From the human T2T-CHM13v2.0 reference genome, Homo sapiens, in assembly GCF_009914755.1 (NCBI RefSeq), contig NC_060928.1: a stretch of DNA of 64,000 nt; one strand, 5' to 3'. Made by a program: the position numbers and the translations under genes. Of this stretch, positions 56,895 to 64,000 are shown in pieces. The number at the start of each line of letters is the position of its first letter. The stretch's first letter is position 1. The notes beneath the pieces were generated by a model that saw nothing but the letters and a program-made list of their open reading frames with translations, was not told where the DNA came from and made no database searches.

Positions 56895-57359
56895 AGATGG
56901 GTTCACAGTTGAGTTTCAGCCAACTCTAAAAACTCTTAATTACAATGTTTTCTAAATTATTCCAAGCTAGGAAAAGAAAAATTAAGTCCTCAGTCTTTCT
57001 GACAATGAAGGATAATTTAATTTTAATTTTGACTTGATTTTAATAATCTTGACTTTTAGGCATTAAAAAAAGATGTAAAACTAAAAGCATTTTTTCAGCT
57101 ATTGCATTTTGCAAAATGGAGAGCTTCTTGGCTTAGGAAACAATTTCTGGAATATTTTAGATAGATGATAGATTTGATTTATATCTACATATACATATAA
57201 ATCAAAATAAGAGATCTCTTCATTGAAATATAGTTATACATCTTTAAATTTTTAATCAACACTTAGGGAGATGGCATGTTATTATACAAAATGTGTCCCT
57301 TTTAGGTTCAAGTCAATCTCCAAATTTCTGTTCTGTCGCTTCCCAGTTTTTTGACATTA

Positions 57360-57435
57360 TGCAGGTCACTTTGCTTACTTCACCTAAATTTTCTCACCTG
57401 TAAAATAGACATAAATATAAGAGTATCACAAGATT
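57360..57435 (+). mobile_element. MIR fragment
   Basis: ttttctcacctgtaaaatagacataa resembles the MIR core. Confidence 0.45.
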
Positions 57436-57639
57436 CATACATGATTCGCATGGCATAATCTTTGAATTGACCCAGAGCAATGGACATTACAGCACGGCCA
57501 TCCACACAAAGGCAGTGTTTTTTAATCATCATTAACACCTTTAACATTATATCAAATAATTTACCTTCGGTGTTTTCCCATTCTATAATCTTCAAGGCTT
57601 TTGTACAGAAAACATTGTAATTTCATACTTTGAGTATAC

Positions 57640-59200
57640 TTACTTCATCCCCTGACCCTTTCAAAACATATAACAATGATAGACAAAATGTGAAAGAAAA
57701 AATATCGACACAACCCAGGCAAAAATAAAGCAGACAACCCCAAGGGCTAGAAATTGGACAAAAACAACAATTAGGATTGAAATTGGTTCCTACTTGGGTC
57801 AGGGAAAAGAAGTTTCAGGCAACTATGAATTGGTATCCACGGGTAACAGAACTAGAAGTAATTCCTATAAATTTGGAGATCCATTCCAGGTTTACTGCTA
57901 GAAAATAGCCTGGGGCAGAGTTTCCCAAACTGAAAGGCAGTTGCCAAGGTTCATGGTGTCTCTGGAGTGGGAGACTATAGCTAATTCCAGAAGAAGGAGG
58001 GGCTATAGCACATATCAGGGAGAGTGGAATCTGCAGGGAATATCAGAAGAAACAAAGTCTCTGGCCAGGTTCCGAGCCAAGCTTCCCTCTGGCAAGTGGC
58101 CATGTAACTATATTTCTAATGCCAATATTACCCCAATCTGCCAGCATAAATACTATCTTTGTATTTGAAGACAAAATTGTTAGTTGGAAGAAACTATAGA
58201 ACATCTAGATAGAGAGGGTCAAAGAGAGAGAGAGAAGGAAAAGAAACAGAGTGACAAGGCAAAGGAAACAGCTCTTCAAGAAGATTTTGCAAAATAAAAT
58301 TCCAAAACCCACAAGGCAAGTAAATAATTAGTTACTTTAATAAACCAAGGCAAAAAAATTAATTAGCAATTAAATAAAACAAACCTATGTTTATTTCCTC
58401 AAATGCATAAAATAATAATAATAGCATTGAGGAAGAAACAGGCATTATTAAACAGAAGCACTTACTAGGGTAGGAAAAAGAACCCAAAGAATTATTAGAA
58501 ATGAAAAAAATTAAAAACCATTCAATTAGTAAACAGGGGTGGAAAAATCCCTGAACTGGTAGAATAACTAGTAGGGAGCACAGTTTAAGTGATACCTCTG
58601 GTTAAGATAACATTAAGAAATTCGTTTAGAACGCAGCCTGTACATATATAACATGAAAGAGAAGTTAATATCCAGGAAGGGTCGATTGAAAGACTTTAGC
58701 ATGTTGAAAATAATATCAAGAAAATGATTAAAGAGGAGATGGAGAAATGAAGCAACCCAAAATTGATAATGGATTTGAATTTTTTTGAAATTCAAAAGCG
58801 CACAAAAAGTCTGCATGTAAATCCACATCTACCCGCACCACTGTGAAACTGCAGTGTGTATATTTGTATGTAAACTGAGAGAAAAGACATACAAATTATA
58901 AAAGTACAATGAAGAAGGCGACATCAAACTTCTCATCAAGGCTAACACACAATCGGAAGCAGTGTTCTTGTGTTCTTGTTCGTCGAAGTACCAAGGGAAA
59001 ATCACCTCCAGCTCTGAAGTTGACATCTGCCTAAACTGTGGTTCAACAGTATAAAGAAGGAAAAACACTTTGAACAAACAAATCTTAAAGTCTCTATGAC
59101 ACATAGACCCACTCTGAACGAACTATTGGAGGATTTCATTAAAATGAAATATTCCTAACTGAAGTTATTGCCAAGCAATATGAATAAACAAGCGGTATAT
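57640..59200 (+). mobile_element. Degraded L1M/HAL1-type 5' and ORF1 region
   Basis: A-rich; ORF1-like aaagaattattagaaatgaaaa, aaatccacatctacc...gtgaaactgcag, gacatcaaacttctcatcaag. Confidence 0.5.
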
Positions 59201-59311
59201 TTTAAAAAGTAGTATTTTGCAGAGAATCTTTAGAATGGCCAACTATGTAACTTTTTGGAAAAATGATTAGAATCAAGTGTTATAAATGAAACATTTCAAA
59301 TGCCTTAAAAT

Positions 59312-59918
59312 TGTGAGCTGAAAATATCTGAGACAGATCTCAATCAATTTGGAGAGTTTATTTTGCCAAGGTTAAGGATGCCTCCTGACACAACCTCAGG
59401 GGTCTTGAGGACATGCACCCAAGGTAATCAGGGTACAACTTGCTTTTATGTTTTAGGAAGACATGAAACAATAATAAATATGTGTAAGATATATATTGGT
59501 TTGGTGTTGGTGGGGCTTCTGGATTCCAGATAGATAAGCACAAAATGTTGCATTCTTTTGAGTCTTTGATCAGCTTTTCACCAAATGCACAATTTAGACT
59601 GGCTCAGTGAATCCTCATTGTTACATAAACAGTAGGGCAGAGGAAGCAATGGAATGTGCATTTGTCTCAGGTGAGCAGAGGGATGACTTTCTGTCCAGTA
59701 GCTGTGAAGATAAGCTGTCAGTTTACATTGCCAGGGTGAAACTCAACTGTTTTGTGGTTAAGATCTTGAGGCCCACAAGGAATTTCTCTGTTGGCAAATT
59801 ATGAGGGAGGTATGGAGCTTTTTTTATCTTTGTAGCTATCTTACTTAGGAATAAAATAGGAAGCAGATTTGCCTTGGCTTAGTGATTTGGGGGTCTGAGT
59901 TTTTTTTATTCTTTCACA
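59312..59918 (-). mobile_element. MER4A-type ERV1 solo LTR
   Basis: aaaatatctgagacagatctcaatcaattt...gtttattttgccaaggttaagga...ttgtagctatcttacttaggaataaaa...ctttcaca. Confidence 0.85.
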
Positions 59919-60483
59919 AGATCTTTATATGTTAAATGAAATTCCTAAATTAAATTAAGCATTATCACTTCTGCAACATTTTGCATTACACAACACCTGA
60001 GTGAGAAGGCCTTATAAAATCCAAAGAATGCTTAGCTACTTTCAGTATACTTTTTTTCTGTTTCATTTTTCTTTTTAAATTTAGCAAAGAATTCATATTG
60101 AGTTATGAGATATGTTTAAAGGAAATTATTCTCAATGATTAAGATTTATTTCTCTTCCTTAATTCTATTTAAATAAAAATGAAAAATACAAAGAAAAAAT
60201 GTAAATATTTATATATATATTTTAACTACAGATCTATTCCTGAAAGAGGGGGTTAACTATATTTCAGAAGTCAAATTGGATTTTAAATATATTTGAATAG
60301 ATGATAATTTGGGGTAATCTTATAGTCAGTCTATTAAGGAGTGAAAACTACTACTAATTTCTCACTGCTTTATATGCTAATTTTAGTTTCCATATTAAAT
60401 TTTGTGAAAGTATACATGTTCTCATTTTAAAACTGTTAATATCCTGACATTAAGAATATTTAAGTCTATATAACCACTTCTAA

Positions 60484-60900
<417 letters not shown>

Positions 60901-61078
60901 GAAAGTACTTTCGTTTGCTTCTTCCAGACGAGCTTGTTGGAGGTCCTCCACCCATAGTCCCCACATCAACCCCTTGATAGTAAATCAAGGATAATTGATA
61001 GATTTCAACATTTGACTTACAAAGTTTTGAGAAAATCATAAAACTAACATACATCTTTCTCTGTTCTGTAATTGATGT

Positions 61079-61482
61079 TGTGAAAGAAAATAGGATCTTA
61101 GGACCTCATACTCACTATGCTAAAGGGAAAGTTAAGCTTGGGAACTGAGTCAGGCAAAAACTGCCTCTTTTTGGTTCACAGATAGCTGTAATTTCTCAGC
61201 CCTGTGTCATAGCCTCATTTTCTCTTTTCACATGTAAAATGTAGATTTACTGAAGCTTATCAGAGCCTTACAAGAATGTAACCATCTGCTTCATGGCCTA
61301 TCCTCCCTCCCTTTTTTCCTCCTTGCACTTTCTCTAAATATTGATGTACCGAAAAACCCTTTTGAAAAAAACTCAGGTGACAGATGCTCCTATGATTTAT
61401 ATTTTTTTCCTGGATACATCCTCCCCCTTGGCTAAATAAACCCGTATAGTTTTAGGCCTGCCTTAGTCACGTTTTGGTGTAC
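61079..61482 (+). mobile_element. MER4-group ERV1 solo LTR (MER83-like)
   Basis: tgtgaaagaaaata...actcactatgctaaagggaaagttaagcttgggaactgagtc; aataaa near 61435; subfamily uncertain. Confidence 0.75.
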
Positions 61483-61766
61483 GGTGTACAAATTCTGAAT
61501 GGTAATGAACATATGATCCACAATTTTATTTTAGAGTGCTCTTATTTTGAGGGGCAAAGCTTGCTAATTATTTTTTCTTCTAAATTCTGATAAATAAAAA
61601 TATTCACATGGGGCTTCCAGAACTAGTTTGCTCTATTCCTGTAACAGGTGCTATCATATCCGTTGTGCTCCAGAAAACTTTCAGTATCCACATAACCTGA
61701 CTGAGAACTTTTCTAGAAATGTGGAAGGATGCTCTGCAGTTAAGGCCAGCTTCAGAGGCATCTTGA

Positions 61767-61768
61767 TT

Positions 61769-61807
<39 letters not shown>

Positions 61808-61958
61808 TTTGAGACGGGGTCTCTCATTCTGTCACCCAGGCTGGAGTGCAGTGGTGCCATCACGGCTCATTATAGCCTCAATCTCCTAGGATCAAGAGAT
61901 CCTCTCACCTGAGCCTCCCAAGGTGCTGGGATTACAAGTGTGAGCTTCCATGCCTGGC
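61767..61958 (-). mobile_element. Alu monomer (FRAM-like or collapsed AluJ) with (TTTA)n tail
   Basis: Single arm; short TSD cttga. Confidence 0.88.
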
Positions 61959-62510
61959 CTTGAAATTCTTAATAATGCTCTCCTTGAATTTTAATTTGTG
62001 TTTTGTAAGTTAAGTCATTGGGACAATCAATGAGGGGTGGGTTGAAATGTGGGGGTTAGAGTCTTGCATGACCTACCCTGGATAGCTTCTTGGCTGCCTT
62101 TGCTTCAACCCCTCCTAACAACTGCTGCTGCTCTCCTCCTTGGGGAAAGTAAAGGAGGTGGTGGGGAAGGGCCATGGAGTAGGGAAGTGGAGAAGGAGGA
62201 AAGGAAGTATACATATGCATTTCACTATTTTGCACCCCTTCCCCTAGTGTGGGCCTCAGCACACATACTGGGAGGGTTGGACATGTGCCCAGCAGCATCT
62301 CAGGACAGGTAGTGCCCAACCCCAGCCCGGGCTGTTAACTCAATGGTGGATTCATTAGGGGCCCCTTGACCACTCCCATCCAGATGCAGAGTATGTCTCA
62401 GCTGGGATGCAGTGCATTGTGGTTTTCAGGTGGTTGGATGGCAGGCCCGTGGGAAGGAGAGCTTGACTTCCCTGCCCTTGGCCAGGTCCCCACTTTTACA
62501 TTATGCCCTT

Positions 62511-63076
62511 GGAAACAAAATACAGGTTCAGTCGCTTGCCACCTACAGAGTCCAATAACAAAGGAGAGGTCTGGTATTTCAAGACTTTTATTTCAAAACT
62601 AGCTTAGAGGAAACAGTACCAGCTTCCTGTCTTAAGGGTCTTGCTTTGCTTTTGGAGCAGAAAGCAGGCACTTTTAAAAGGCATGAGAGGAAGTGAGCAG
62701 GTAGGTGGTCTGCATGCTAGCTCAGTGCCTTATCTACCAGACAATTGAGTTGGCATTTTTGTGGTCAGAAAGGGTTGTAGAGGTGGCCCAAAACTCTCCA
62801 GATGGGAGAGAGTTTTGTAGCGGGACTTTGGGTTGCAAACTGAATGTTATCTCTGGAGGCAACCTCCTGGTGTGTGACAGCCCGCTCTGGAGTTTCTAAG
62901 TCCACAGTTAAATCAACTTACTTTGTAGGGAGTGTCTGCTGAAGAGACAGTAAAAGGCTATAATTGTGTTTCTAAAGAGCTAAGTAGGAAGCAGGGGAAA
63001 GGAGGAAAGAGGAGATAGAAAAGAGAGAAAAAATAATTAAACTAGCTCTTAGATTAATGGGGGTATTTGAGTATAG
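62511..63076 (-). mobile_element. ERV1-class solo LTR (family uncertain)
   Basis: Reverse strand starts ...aatacccccattaatctaagagctagtttaattattttt; TATA-like and AATAAA-like motifs on the minus strand; interrupts the MER45-like element. Confidence 0.6.
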
Positions 63077-63173
63077 TCTGGGTCCCATGAATTATATAGC
63101 CAGCATTATCTGCAGTGAGTATATCAGCCATGGGAAGTGACTGAGTCAATCACTCTAAGATAACCCAACTTCT

Positions 63174-63318
63174 GGCCAGGCACTGTGGCTCACGCCTGTA
63201 ATCCCAGCACTTTGGGAGGTCGAGGCAGGTAGATCACGAGGTCAGGAGATCAAGACCATCAAAAATTAGCAAAATACAAAAATAAAATCAGCAAATACAA
63301 AAAAAAAAAAGAAAAGAA
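63174..63318 (+). mobile_element. Internally deleted young Alu (Y/Sc-type)
   Basis: First 87 bp of Alu, then scrambled linker-like pieces and an A tail; TSD aacccaacttc at 63162-63172 and 63319-63329. Confidence 0.9.
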
Positions 63319-63448
63319 AACCCAACTTCCTTGCCTTTAGGTAGATTATTCCAAGACATGAGTTTTACAATGTTTTTTTTAGAGCTCTCCCCACCCAATT
63401 AAGTTTATTGTGGTAACTGGCTTGATAAAAAAAATCCTGTATTGAGTG

Positions 63449-63794
63449 TACTCATCTGTTTTCACACCACTGATAAAGATATGCCTGAGACTGGGTATTT
63501 TATAAAGAAATAAAAAGCTTTAATGGACTCATAGTTCCACATTTTTCCTCACAATAATGGCAGAAGGTAAAAGACACGTCTCACATGGCAGCAAGCCAGA
63601 GAAAATGAGAGCCAAGTGAAAGGGAAAACCCCTTATAAAGCCAACCGATCTCATGAGACTTACTCAGCACCATGAGTACACTATGGGGGAAACCACCCCC
63701 ATGATTCTATTATCTCCCACCAGGTCCCTCCCACAACATGTGGGAATTATGGGAGCTACAATTCAAGATGAGATTTGGGTGAGGACACAGCCAA
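63449..63794 (-). mobile_element. THE1 (B/C-like) MaLR LTR
   Basis: ctgataaagatatgcctgagactgggt...ggtccctcccacaacatgtgggaattatgggagctacaattcaagatgagatttgggtgaggacacagcca. Confidence 0.92.
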
Positions 63795-64000
63795 GTTTCT
63801 TTTACATGATGTTGCTTTAAAATGCCATTATAATTACTTTGTATTATTCCCCATCACCTGTATCTCACTACCACACTTCCATGGATTATTATGTTACACA
63901 GTGTTGAAGAGATGTCTGGCTAAACAAAACCCACTACATGTTTGAATTCCAGGCATTTTGATGTTTGTTTGAGAGATATAAAAAGCCTTTTAAAAATTAG

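Larger units (their letters stand above)
56010..57010. mobile_element. Old L1 ORF2 fragments in opposite orientations, interrupted by MADE1 and MLT1
   Basis: Minus-strand RT-like sequence at 56010-56390; plus-strand attagaaaatctacagaaaatgg... and agatgggttcacagttgagtt... Confidence 0.5.
61742..63107 (+). mobile_element. MER45B-like hAT-Tip100 element, split by an Alu monomer and an LTR
   Basis: aggccagcttca...cttgaaattcttaataat...; end tgggtcccatgaattatatagccagc resembles MER45 termini. Confidence 0.6.

Overview
This window is AT-rich, CpG-depleted primate (human-like) nuclear DNA, as shown by about 21 Alu copies or monomers and by primate-specific THE1, MSTA, MER41, MER4 and MADE1 elements. 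It reads as intronic or intergenic sequence built largely from transposon relics: Alu, old L1 and L2, MIR, MaLR/ERV LTRs, Tigger/hAT/mariner MITEs and microsatellites. I cannot support any protein-coding gene, RNA gene, CRISPR array or prokaryotic-type system; the listed ORFs fall in repeats or look like chance ORFs. The most notable structure is at 39178-41380. It looks like a MER41 endogenous-retrovirus RNA copied back into the genome by L1: R-U5-leader/short internal-PPT-U3-R, flanked by a 13-bp L1-type target-site duplication, probably from a spliced RNA, and still carrying both STAT1-type GAS motifs. Several repair or recombination scars are also directly visible, including a MADE1 holding an inverted 45-bp copy of DNA 1.1 kb upstream, a chimeric AluS/AluY, a dup-inv-dup micro-rearrangement and an L1 whose 5' region is fused to its RT region. 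Family names come from my recollection of consensus sequences, not from a search. Boundaries of old elements are approximate.
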